The position numbers and the translations under genes are program-made. From Gammaproteobacteria bacterium (GTDB lineage: Bacteria > Pseudomonadota > Gammaproteobacteria > Eutrophobiales > Eutrophobiaceae), in contig CBDCDS010000003.1 in NCBI GenBank assembly GCA_965215365.1, positions 1,248,001 to 1,312,000 of the forward strand: a stretch of 64,000 nt of DNA. The letters are read 5' to 3'. This document shows, one piece after another, positions 17,866-26,972 of the stretch. The notes beneath the pieces were generated by a model. That model saw only the letters and a program-made list of their open reading frames with translations. It was not told the origin of the DNA and did not search any database. Every line of letters begins with the position of its first letter. Positions within the stretch are counted from its first letter, which is position 1.

Positions 17866-19204
17866 ACTCGAGTACATCCGCGATTCGGCGGCGCTGTTCA
17901 GCGCTATCGCCGCGGAACCCTGGAGCATCTTCCTGGACAGCGGCTATCCGCTGATAGACCGCGGTCGCTACGACATTATGAGCGCCCGTCCCGGCGGCGT
18001 GTTGCTCACTTACGGTGAGGAAACCCGCGTGATACGCGGGAATGCCGTGCACTATTCAAACGAAGACCCGTTCGCGTTGCTCAGGCAGGAGTTGGGGGAA
18101 CGCCGTGTCAACCTGTCCGGATTCCCTTTTGCCGGTGGCGCGCTGGGGTATTTTGCTTATGATTTGGGACGCCGGCTGGAATACCTGCCCAGCCAATGCC
18201 GGGATGATATCAACCTGCCGGACCTGGCCGTAGGCCTGTATGACTGGGCCTTGATCGTCGACCACCACCGGCGCCGCACCTGGTTGATCGCAGCGGAGGG
18301 TGCCGCACTCGGCGCGGCCGACTGGCAAGACTTGCAGGACTTGTTCAGCCGCGCTGAGCCGCAGCCAACGCCTGACTACGCGGTGCAATCCGGCCTCATC
18401 AAACATACCGGCAAGGAGCAGTATCAGGCCGCGTTTGAGCAGATTCAACGCTATATCCGCAACGGGGATTGCTACCAGGTCAACCTGGCCCAGCGCTTCA
18501 GTATTGAGGTGACGGGCGATTCATGGAGCTTGTACCGGCGTCTCAGACAGTTGAACCCGGCGCCCTATGCCTGCTTCTTCCGACTCGATGACGGTTGTAT
18601 CCTGAGTTCTTCACCGGAGCGCTTTATCTGCGTGTCCGGCGATCTGGTGGAAACCAGGCCTATTAAGGGCACCATTCGACGTTCGGTCTATGCCTATGAA
18701 GACAAGGCCCTGGCCGCGCAACTGCTGGAAAGCGAGAAAGACCGGGCGGAAAACCTGATGATCGTCGATTTGCTCAGGCATGACCTCGGCAAGAATTGCG
18801 AGACCGGCAGTGTCAGGGTCCCGCAGCTGTTTGCGCTGGAAAGCTTTGCCAGCGTGCACCACCTGGTCAGTACCGTCACCGGCCGCCTGGCTCGGGGCCG
18901 GCACGCACTGGATTTACTACGCGGCGCGTTCCCGGGCGGCTCCATCACCGGCGCGCCGAAACTGCGCGCCATGGCGATCATTGAAGAACTGGAGAGCTGG
19001 CGTCGCAGCATCTATTGCGGTGCGATCGGCTACATCGGTTATGACGGCAGCATGGATACCAACATCGCCATCCGCACCCTGGTACACAAGGATGACCGGG
19101 TCTGTTTCTGGACCGGCGGTGGCATCGTGGCGGATTCCATTGCCCAGAGCGAATACCGCGAGTGCTTTGAGAAAGCCGCAGCCATTATGCGCTTGTTTGA
19201 TTGA
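17852..19204 (+). CDS. pabB: Aminodeoxychorismate synthase component I
   Basis: GDCYQVNL, SSSPERF, RPIKGT, ENLMIVDLLR and FPGGSITGAPK motifs. Confidence 0.92.
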   Translation: MRLVELEYIRDSAALFSAIAAEPWSIFLDSGYPLIDRGRYDIMSARPGGVLLTYGEETRVIRGNAVHYSNEDPFALLRQELGERRVNLSGFPFAGGALGYFAYDLGRRLEYLPSQCRDDINLPDLAVGLYDWALIVDHHRRRTWLIAAEGAALGAADWQDLQDLFSRAEPQPTPDYAVQSGLIKHTGKEQYQAAFEQIQRYIRNGDCYQVNLAQRFSIEVTGDSWSLYRRLRQLNPAPYACFFRLDDGCILSSSPERFICVSGDLVETRPIKGTIRRSVYAYEDKALAAQLLESEKDRAENLMIVDLLRHDLGKNCETGSVRVPQLFALESFASVHHLVSTVTGRLARGRHALDLLRGAFPGGSITGAPKLRAMAIIEELESWRRSIYCGAIGYIGYDGSMDTNIAIRTLVHKDDRVCFWTGGGIVADSIAQSEYRECFEKAAAIMRLFD

Positions 19205-19813
19205 ATGTGGGTCATCAAGATAGGGGGCAGCCTGGAGACCGCCCCGGGATTGCGTTCATTACTGGCATTACTGGCTGACTACGGACCGTCAGGGTTGGTC
19301 ATCGTGCCCGGTGGCGGGCGTTTTGCCGAGCGGGTGCGGCAGCAGCAACGGCAAACGGGCATAGACGACATGACGGCTCATCGACGGGCGCTGCTCGCCA
19401 TGCAACAATACGGCGCGTTATTGTGTGAGCTGGAGCCGCGCTTGTATCCGGCTGCCGACATCGGTGGCCTGCGTGGCGCAGTTGCGCAAGCCGAAATCCC
19501 GGTCTGGTTCCCCGCCCGAATGCTGTCGGCGCGCACCGATATCCCGGCCAACTGGCAGGTCACCTCCGACAGTCTGGCGCTGTGGCTGGCCGGGGAGCTG
19601 AATGCCGAGGCCTTGATTCTGGTCAAATCTATGCCGAACAGCGCCAACAACGCACAGCAACTCGCCGCGTCGGCCTACCTGGATGCCTGGTTCCCGCAAA
19701 TGATGGCAACAGCAGGAGTGAACACCATCGCTTGCGCCAGCATTGAGCAGCCGGAAGTCCTGCAACAAGCCCTCAGCTCCGGCGCCATACCCACCGAACT
19801 GCAAATCACTTGA
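19205..19813 (+). CDS. Amino-acid kinase family protein (Orf21/MfnE-like)
   Basis: VIKIGGSL, VPGGGRFA and WQVTSDSLA motifs. Confidence 0.85.
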   Translation: MWVIKIGGSLETAPGLRSLLALLADYGPSGLVIVPGGGRFAERVRQQQRQTGIDDMTAHRRALLAMQQYGALLCELEPRLYPAADIGGLRGAVAQAEIPVWFPARMLSARTDIPANWQVTSDSLALWLAGELNAEALILVKSMPNSANNAQQLAASAYLDAWFPQMMATAGVNTIACASIEQPEVLQQALSSGAIPTELQIT

Positions 19814-19867
19814 AAAATTCGCAACGCCCCCCCGAGGCCGCCTGACGTAAAAAGGACCGGCAAAGGG

Positions 19868-19995
19868 ATTTTAACGCAGGATTTTTTGCGTCAGGCAAGG
19901 CGGGCAACGAGAGAGGGAGGGAGTGTACACCAGGTACATGACCGACCGAACGAGGCCGCCCAACGCTGCCTGACGTAAAAAAGACAAGTTAAAAT
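19868..19995. repeat. Long imperfect palindromic element
   Basis: ATTTTAAC..TTTTTTGCGTCAGGCA pairs with TGCCTGACGTAAAAAA..GTTAAAAT; partial arm copy at 19840-19853. Confidence 0.65.
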
Positions 19996-20079
19996 TAAAA
20001 AGCCTGGCGCCTGAAGGAGGTTGGAGACGCCAGGCAAAATAGCCGAGCTCCTGCTGGGCTTCCCGCTGAAAATTGTTTA

Positions 20080-20320
20080 ACCCGCAGCTCTCACCAAGTC
20101 GCTTGTTGCCTTGTGAAACATTATTGCTCTCAATAAGTTATGGTAATACTGCTACTCTTTCCACCTGACACACTGCGCTTGATGCGCCCTCGCTGGTCTT
20201 GGTTCTGCCGGCGGGCATGTGATTCCTCAACCATAGCTATGGCTATGATTTCGGTCGCCGGCACCCGCAGGCAGAACCAATCCGGCGCGATCTTCGCATC
20301 ACCTGGTGAGATCTGCGGGT
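20080..20320. mobile_element. Full-length MITE, family A (~240 bp)
   Basis: Terminal inverted repeats ACCCGCAGCTCTCACCA / TGGTGAGATCTGCGGGT; closely similar inverted copy at 38214-38456. Confidence 0.85.
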
Positions 20321-20326
20321 TGACTG

Positions 20327-21553
20327 TTAATCCCAGTTCAAGGTGCCCCCGGTCTGGTATTCGGTCACGCGTGTTTCAAAAAAGTTCTTTTCTTTCTTCA
20401 AGTCCATCAGTTCACTCATCCATGGGAACGGGTTGCTGGCCCCGGAATATTGCTCGGCCAGACCGATCTGGGCGCAGCGTCGGTTGGCGATGAACTTGAG
20501 ATACTCTTCAAACATGTTGGCATTCAGACCCAGCACGCCTCTGGGCATGGTGTCGCAGGCGTACTTTACTTCCAGTTCCACGGCCTCGCGTAACATGGCC
20601 ACGATCTCCTGTTGAAACGCGGCCGTCCACAAATGGGGGTTTTCGATCTTGATCTGGTTGATCACGTCGATGCCGAAGTTCATGTGCATGGACTCATCGC
20701 GCAGGATGTACTGGAACTGCTCGGCGCAGCCCGTCATCTTGTTACGCCGGCCCATGGACAGCACCTGCACAAACCCCACGTAGAAGAAGATACCCTCGAA
20801 CACGATATAAAAGGCGATCAGGTCGCGTAACAGGCGCTGGTCGGTTTCTGGCGTGCCGGTATGGAACGTCGGGTCGCCCAGACTGCGGGTGAAGCGCATG
20901 GCCCAGGCCGCCTTGTCATGGATGGAGGGAATCTCGCGATACATATTGAACACTTCGGCCTCATCCAACCCCAGCGACTCGACGCAATACTGGTAGGCAT
21001 GGGTGTGCAAGGCCTCTTCAAACGCCTGACGCAGCAGGTATTGCCGACATTCCGGGTTGGTGATGTGTCGGTAGACCGCCAGCACCAGGTTGTTGGCGAC
21101 CAGGGAATCGGCGGAGGCGAAAAACCCTAAGTTGCGCTTGATGACGGTGCGCTCGTCTTCGCTCAGCCCGTCCGGGTTCTTCCACAGCGCAATGTCCGCG
21201 GTCATGTTGACTTCCTGCGGCATCCAGTGGTTGGCGCAGGCGTCCAGATATTTCTGCCAGGCCCACTTGTATTTGAACGGCACCAGTTGATTGAGGTCGG
21301 CCCGACAGTTGATCATCTGCTTGTCATCGACATTGATACGCCCGGCGCCGAACTCAACCTCTTCCAAGCCGTTGACGCCGCCCTGGGTGGCGTCCTGGGC
21401 GGATGTCTCCTGGTAGTTCACCGCCGGCGGTGCGCCCTCAGTTGCCGCGTTCAGGTCGGCCAGGGCGTGCTCCACAACCGCTTGCGGCGGCGTGGGCTGT
21501 TCTTGCTTCGCCTGTTTCAGCCCGGCGATCGGATCATCCCAGTCAGTCAACAT
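20327..21553 (-). CDS. nrdB: Class Ia ribonucleotide reductase beta subunit
   Basis: [18 protein letters not shown] (radical Tyr), EGIFFY, RDESMH and [11 protein letters not shown] motifs. Confidence 0.95.
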   Translation of the reverse strand: MLTDWDDPIAGLKQAKQEQPTPPQAVVEHALADLNAATEGAPPAVNYQETSAQDATQGGVNGLEEVEFGAGRINVDDKQMINCRADLNQLVPFKYKWAWQKYLDACANHWMPQEVNMTADIALWKNPDGLSEDERTVIKRNLGFFASADSLVANNLVLAVYRHITNPECRQYLLRQAFEEALHTHAYQYCVESLGLDEAEVFNMYREIPSIHDKAAWAMRFTRSLGDPTFHTGTPETDQRLLRDLIAFYIVFEGIFFYVGFVQVLSMGRRNKMTGCAEQFQYILRDESMHMNFGIDVINQIKIENPHLWTAAFQQEIVAMLREAVELEVKYACDTMPRGVLGLNANMFEEYLKFIANRRCAQIGLAEQYSGASNPFPWMSELMDLKKEKNFFETRVTEYQTGGTLNWD

Positions 21554-21605
21554 AAGTCTAGTCCCCCTTGTGGAATACGAGCATCAGGTCACCTCTCACA
21601 AACAC

Positions 21606-21644
21606 GAGGTGGCCGTGCAGCATAAGGATATGCTGCCATTTTTA
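21606..21644. repeat. Family B repeat fragment between nrdA and nrdB
   Basis: GAGGTGGCCGTGCAGCATAAGGATATGCTGCCATTTTTA closely matches 39612-39649. Confidence 0.7.
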
Positions 21645-21731
21645 ATGACGGCACAAGCCGGAATAACGAGTCATTGTCATTGAGGCGCCTTTGCTGTTAC
21701 CCTCATTGAGCCGCGCCAAGCCGCGCTGCCG

Positions 21732-24700
21732 TCATTGGCAGGCCTCGCAGTTCGGATCGTCCAGGCTGCATGTGGCGGCCGGCGCCTCCTTAGCGGCACT
21801 GCGTTCGACTGCGGCAAGTTGAGTTTCCCGACCGCCATCGAGCGTGCTTTTCTCGACATGGGTGGCGCCCAAGCTGCGCAGGTAGTAAGTGGTCTTGAGG
21901 CCCCGTATCCAGGCCAGCTTGTATAAGTTGTCCATCTTTTTGCCATCCGGCTCGCGCATGTACAGGTTCAGCGACTGCGCCTGATCCAGCCACTTCTGCC
22001 GCCTGGATGCGCATTCGACCAGCCAGCGCGGGTCAATTTCAAAGGCTGATGAATACAGCAGTTTCAACTCATCCGGGATGCGATCGACCTGCTGCACGCT
22101 GCCATCAAAATACTTCAAATCGCTGACCATAACGTCGTCCCAGAGCCCGTGCGCCTTGAGGTCGTGCACCATGTAGGGGTTGACTACCGTGAACTCCCCG
22201 GACAGGTTTGATTTGACGAACAGGTTCTGATAGGTCGGCTCGATGGATTGGCTGACGCCGCAAATATTGGAAATGGTCGCGGTGGGGGCGATGGCCATAC
22301 AGTTGGAGTTGCGCATGCCGGTTTTTTTCACGCGTTTGCGCAGGGCTGCCCAGTCCAGCTTAGCGCTCCGGTCCACTTCCAGGTAGCCGTTGCGGTTGTG
22401 TTCCAGTGCGTCGATGGAGTCAAGCGGCAGCAGGCCCTTACTCCACAGCGATCCCTTGAAGCTGGTGTAGGCGCCGCGCTCTTCGGCTAAGTCCGTGGAG
22501 GCCTTGATGGCGTGGTAACTGATCATTTCCATGCTGGCGTCGGCAAATTCAACCGCCTCTTTGGAGGCATAAGGCCGGCGCAGTTTGTACAGCGCATCCT
22601 GAAAGCCCATCAATCCCAAACCCACCGGGCGATGCTTGAGGTTGGAACGGCGCGCCTGCGGCACGCTGTAGTAGTTGTAGTCGATGACATTATCCAGCAT
22701 GCGCATGGCAACGCTGACGGTGTGCTCCAGCTTGGCCTGGTCCAGGCCGTTTGCGTCCACATGCTGTGCCAGGTTCACGGAGCCGAGGTTGCACACTGCG
22801 ATTTCGTCGTCGGAGGTGTTCAGGGTAATCTCGGTGCACAGGTTGGACGAATGCACTACGCCGATATGCTGCTGCGGCGAGCGCAGGTTGCAGGGGTCCT
22901 TGAAAGTGAGCCACGGGTGGCCGGTCTCGTACAGCATGGACAGCATCTTGCGCCACAAGTCCTGCGCGGCGATGGTCTTGTGCAGCTTGAGCTCGCCGGT
23001 CGCTGCCAGCTGCTCGTATTGTTCGTAGCGCCGGGTGAACTCGAGCCCGTACAACTCGTGCAGGTCCGGGGTGTCATCCGGCGAGAACAGGGTCCAGTTG
23101 CCGCCCTCACAGACGCGCCGCATGAACAGGTCGGGGATCCAGTTGGCCGTATTCATGTCATGGGTGCGACGCCGGTCATCACCGGTATTCTTGCGCAACT
23201 CCAGGAACTCCTCAATATCCAGGTGCCAGCTTTCCAGGTAGGCGCACATGGCGCCTTTGCGCTTGCCGCCCTGGTTGACGGCCACTGCGGTATCGTTGGC
23301 GACTTTGAGGAACGGCACCACACCCTGGGATTTGCCGTTGGTGCCCTTGATGTGCGCGCCCATGGACCGTACCCGGCTCCAGTCGTTGCCGAGCCCACCG
23401 GCGAACTTGGACAGCAGGGCGTCGTCCTTAATGGCGCTGAAGATGCCGTCTAAGTGGTCGGGCACCGTGCTCAGGTAGCAGGACGACAGTTGCGGCCGGC
23501 AGGTGCCGGAATTGAACAGGGTGGGGGTGGAGCTCATAAAATCGAAGGAGGACAGCAGCTCATAGAACTCAATGGCCCGGCTTTCCCGGTCCAGCTCGTT
23601 AATGGCCAGACCCATGGCCACCCGCATGAAAAACGCCTGCGGTAATTCGATGCGCACCTGTTTATCGGTGTGGATAAAGTAACGGTCGTACAGGGTTTGC
23701 AGGCCCAGGTAGGTGAACAGGTGATCGCGTTCGGGCTTGAGCGCCTGGCCCAGGCGCTCTAAGTCGTATTTCACCAGTTCGTGGTCGAGCAATCCCAACC
23801 CGGCGCCGGTTTCAATGTACTTGCGCAAATACTGCGGGTAATGCTCCGCCATCTGCGCCTGGGTGGCTTCCGTATCCTGGCCGTTGATATGGCTCAGCGC
23901 TTCCCGGCGCAGCCCGTCCAACAACAGGCGGGCGGCGGCATAGCTGTAGTTCGGTTCCTTTTCGATCATGGCCCGAGCGCTCATCACCAGCGCATGGTTG
24001 ACGTCGGCCTCGTTCACGCCGTCAAACAGATTGCGCAACGCGTCGTTGATGATGAGGCTGCCGTCAACCTGCTCTAAGGCGCTGCAGGCTTCATCCGTGA
24101 TCGCATGCAGACGCGCCACATCCAGTTGTTTCAGGGCGCCGTCGGCGGTGGTGACATTGATGTTGACACTGGCGTCGGTGGGCCCGGCAGCTGCGGCCTG
24201 TTCTTTTTCCAGGCGCGCCTGCGCCCGTTGTTCCCGGTAGATGACGTAGGCGCGCGCGACCTTCTGCTCGGCGGCGCGCATCAACGCCAGCTCAACCTGA
24301 TCCTGGATGTCTTCTATATGTACGGTGCCACCGCTGGGCAAGCGGCGCGTGACGCCCCGGGCCACTTGTTCGGTGAGCTGCGCGACTTTTTCATGCACGC
24401 GTTTGGACGCCGCGGCGGTGCCACCCTCTACCTCCAGGAAGGCCTTGGTGATGGCGACGCTGATCTTGGTAGCGTCAAAAGCCGTCACCTTGCCATTGCG
24501 ACGAATAACCTTGTAATCGCCGGGCTGGTAAGCGTTGAGCTGGCCGGCATATTCCGGGTCGGTATAGTCCGGGCTGGGGTATTCTTGTACGGTATGTTCT
24601 TGTCCCGCAGCCTTCGGCGCCGTATATTCTGGCGCTGTATATTCTGGCGCCGGGTGGCCGCCGTTCTGCCGGGCAAGCTCGTTGCCGCGGCGAACGTTAT

Positions 24701-24752
24701 CGGCTGCTACGTCAACAACGGACTCCGCCAGGGCGGTTTTATCGCTTTGCAT
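21732..24752 (-). CDS. nrdA: Class Ia ribonucleotide reductase alpha subunit (ATP-cone)
   Basis: VIRRNG ATP cone, TPTLFNSG, SSCY, SNLCTEI, KTTYY and C-terminal CEACQ. Confidence 0.95.
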   Translation of the reverse strand: MQSDKTALAESVVDVAADNVRRGNELARQNGGHPAPEYTAPEYTAPKAAGQEHTVQEYPSPDYTDPEYAGQLNAYQPGDYKVIRRNGKVTAFDATKISVAITKAFLEVEGGTAAASKRVHEKVAQLTEQVARGVTRRLPSGGTVHIEDIQDQVELALMRAAEQKVARAYVIYREQRAQARLEKEQAAAAGPTDASVNINVTTADGALKQLDVARLHAITDEACSALEQVDGSLIINDALRNLFDGVNEADVNHALVMSARAMIEKEPNYSYAAARLLLDGLRREALSHINGQDTEATQAQMAEHYPQYLRKYIETGAGLGLLDHELVKYDLERLGQALKPERDHLFTYLGLQTLYDRYFIHTDKQVRIELPQAFFMRVAMGLAINELDRESRAIEFYELLSSFDFMSSTPTLFNSGTCRPQLSSCYLSTVPDHLDGIFSAIKDDALLSKFAGGLGNDWSRVRSMGAHIKGTNGKSQGVVPFLKVANDTAVAVNQGGKRKGAMCAYLESWHLDIEEFLELRKNTGDDRRRTHDMNTANWIPDLFMRRVCEGGNWTLFSPDDTPDLHELYGLEFTRRYEQYEQLAATGELKLHKTIAAQDLWRKMLSMLYETGHPWLTFKDPCNLRSPQQHIGVVHSSNLCTEITLNTSDDEIAVCNLGSVNLAQHVDANGLDQAKLEHTVSVAMRMLDNVIDYNYYSVPQARRSNLKHRPVGLGLMGFQDALYKLRRPYASKEAVEFADASMEMISYHAIKASTDLAEERGAYTSFKGSLWSKGLLPLDSIDALEHNRNGYLEVDRSAKLDWAALRKRVKKTGMRNSNCMAIAPTATISNICGVSQSIEPTYQNLFVKSNLSGEFTVVNPYMVHDLKAHGLWDDVMVSDLKYFDGSVQQVDRIPDELKLLYSSAFEIDPRWLVECASRRQKWLDQAQSLNLYMREPDGKKMDNLYKLAWIRGLKTTYYLRSLGATHVEKSTLDGGRETQLAAVERSAAKEAPAATCSLDDPNCEACQ

Positions 24753-24858
24753 TCGCCTTATCCACACACAGGTAGTTTGTTGTTAAAATTGTCGCTCACG
24801 GGCCTTGCTAAGGGTCCGTGAACATGATGAAGCCTGTCACGTAACAGACAGTATTACA

Positions 24859-24906
24859 CTACTATATCCTGTGGTCAAGTGGTATTTGCACTACAATAAC
24901 TTGTGG
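24859..24906 (-). promoter_or_regulatory. Two tandem NrdR boxes
   Basis: CCACAAGTTATTGTAG and CCACAGGATATAGTAG on the minus strand, 32 bp apart, upstream of nrdA. Confidence 0.7.
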
Positions 24907-25075
24907 ATGAAGTTGTGTTCAGGCCTTGAATTTCCTGTTCACAAGTTGCGAAAAAAGCTGTGCATAAGTTTGTGAGAAGGAATAAAATGCAAGCTTTTCA
25001 ACAGTATGTCTTGCCGAGCCTGACAGGTCCCGAAGCGCGTGACCGGGCTCTGAATGAAATGAGGAAATAGCGCGT

Positions 25076-26503
25076 ATGTCAGTAAGCAAAAAACCAATCC
25101 AGGCAGAGGTGGCAGTGCTGGGCTCCGGGCCCGGCGGTTATACCGCGGCGTTCCGCGCTGCCGACCTGGGATTGAACACCGTCCTGATCGAACGCTACCC
25201 CACCTTGGGCGGCGTGTGTCTGAACGTCGGTTGTATCCCCTCCAAAGCCTTGTTGCATGCGGCCAAGGTGATCAGCGACGCCCGCGACGCGGCTGCCTAC
25301 GGCATTGAGTTCGGCGCCCCGACTATCGACCGCAGCGGCCTGTTGCGCTGGAAAGACAAGACGTTGTCCCGTCTCACCCAGGGCCTGCAAGGACTGGCGG
25401 GGCAGCGGCAGGTGACCCTGGTGCAGGGCACCGGACAGTTCACCGCCGCCAACCGCCTCAGTGTGGCGACGGCAGCGGGCGCGCAGGAGGTGGAGTTCGA
25501 GCAGGCTATCATCGCGGTGGGCTCCACCCCCATCAACCTGCCTGAGGCGCCGCAGGATGAGCGCCTGATGAATTCGACCACGGCGTTGACCCTGCCGGAG
25601 ATCCCGCAACGGTTGCTGGTCATCGGCGGCGGCAGCATCGGGCTGGAGCTGGCCGCGGTGTACCACGAACTGGGCAGCCGCATTACTCTGGTGGAATTGC
25701 TGGACGGCCTCATGGCCGGCACTGACCCGGACCTGGTCAAGCCCTTGCAGAAACGCATTGCCCGGCAGTACGAGAATATCTTCACGGCTACCCGCGTCAC
25801 CGGCATCAAGGCAAGTGACAAGGGTTTAACGGTAGGCTTCGCCGGCCCCAAGGCGCCGCCGGAAGACACCTTCGACCGCGTGCTGGTGGCGGTGGGCCGG
25901 GCGCCCAACGGCAAGCTCATCGACGCTGAGCGCGCCGGCGTACAGGTCGATGAACGCGGCTTTATCGCGGTGGACAAGCAGCAGCGCACCAACGTCTCCC
26001 ATATCTTCGCCATCGGCGATGTCACCGGCGCGCCCATGCTGGCGCACAAGGCCACCCATGAAGGCAAGGTGGCGGCAGAGGTTGCCGCCGGCCGGCCCAG
26101 CCTGTTCGATGCCAGGGTCATCCCGGGGGTCACCTACACCGACCCGGAAGTCGCCTGGGTCGGCGTCACCGAAGCCGAGGCGCAAGAGCAGGGCCTGAAC
26201 TACGGCAAAGGCCTGTTCCCCTGGGCCGCCAGCGGCCGCTCGCTGAGCATGGACCGCAATGAAGGGTTGACCAAACTGTTATTCGAGCAGCAGACCGGGC
26301 GCGTCATCGGCGCCGGCATCGTCGGCTCCAACGCCGGCGACCTGATCGCAGAAGTGGCCCTGGCCATAGAAATGGACTGCACCGCCGAAGACATTGGCCT
26401 CACCGTCCACCCCCACCCCACCCTGGCCGAAACCGTCGCCTTCGCCGCCGAGATGCACGAAGGGACGATTACGGATTTGTACGTGGGAGGTGGGGGGAGT
26501 TAG
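25076..26503 (+). CDS. lpdA: Dihydrolipoamide dehydrogenase
   Basis: GSGPGGY, GGVCLNVGCIPSK and HPHPTLAE motifs. Confidence 0.95.
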   Translation: MSVSKKPIQAEVAVLGSGPGGYTAAFRAADLGLNTVLIERYPTLGGVCLNVGCIPSKALLHAAKVISDARDAAAYGIEFGAPTIDRSGLLRWKDKTLSRLTQGLQGLAGQRQVTLVQGTGQFTAANRLSVATAAGAQEVEFEQAIIAVGSTPINLPEAPQDERLMNSTTALTLPEIPQRLLVIGGGSIGLELAAVYHELGSRITLVELLDGLMAGTDPDLVKPLQKRIARQYENIFTATRVTGIKASDKGLTVGFAGPKAPPEDTFDRVLVAVGRAPNGKLIDAERAGVQVDERGFIAVDKQQRTNVSHIFAIGDVTGAPMLAHKATHEGKVAAEVAAGRPSLFDARVIPGVTYTDPEVAWVGVTEAEAQEQGLNYGKGLFPWAASGRSLSMDRNEGLTKLLFEQQTGRVIGAGIVGSNAGDLIAEVALAIEMDCTAEDIGLTVHPHPTLAETVAFAAEMHEGTITDLYVGGGGS

Positions 26504-26561
26504 TTTTCAGGGCATCCCTGAAAGGAGCCTTATAAAACGAGTCTGGCTGAGACAATGTGAG

Positions 26562-26972
26562 TTATCCGGCAGGGTTTTCCAAATTTTCCTTTGCAGCAGC
26601 TTTGGCAAGCGCATTATCAAAGGTAGCCAATCTTGCACGGTTGCGTAGCGCTGTTTCCAGATAGCTGGCATCGTATACGCTCAGGTTATGTCGCTCTGCC
26701 AGGTCAAGTACCATTGCTCCATCGTGGCCGGTATCCACGGAGGGTGAGAATTCGTCCCTGAGTCGGTTTAAACAAATCTCAAAAATTTTCTGTTCTATAC
26801 GTTTGGCTCGTTTTGCTCTCAGCAGGACATTGCGAATTTCATACCAGAATATGTGCGGCACGATAACATCTTCGCTATCTGGTAGTTCCATTATTATCCG
26901 AGCGGAATCACTATGCTCTTCATCGCGTAATAACTGGGCTATCATCACCGAAGCGTCAATCACTATAGCCAT
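26562..26972 (-). CDS. vapC: VapC/PIN-domain ribonuclease toxin
   Basis: IVIDAS, WYEIRN, LSVYDASY and LATFD acidic motifs; ATG overlaps the res stop (TGATG). Confidence 0.9.
   Translation of the reverse strand: MAIVIDASVMIAQLLRDEEHSDSARIIMELPDSEDVIVPHIFWYEIRNVLLRAKRAKRIEQKIFEICLNRLRDEFSPSVDTGHDGAMVLDLAERHNLSVYDASYLETALRNRARLATFDNALAKAAAKENLENPAG

Noticed and set aside
20140-20493. ORFs beginning MVILLLFPPDTLRL (also 38191-38394)
   Set aside because: They lie within MITE copies, differ in end point and show no transposase motifs
20327-21553. Class Ic (Mn/Fe) ribonucleotide reductase
   Set aside because: The first ligand is Asp (ADSLV) and the radical Tyr (HTHAY) is present, as in class Ia
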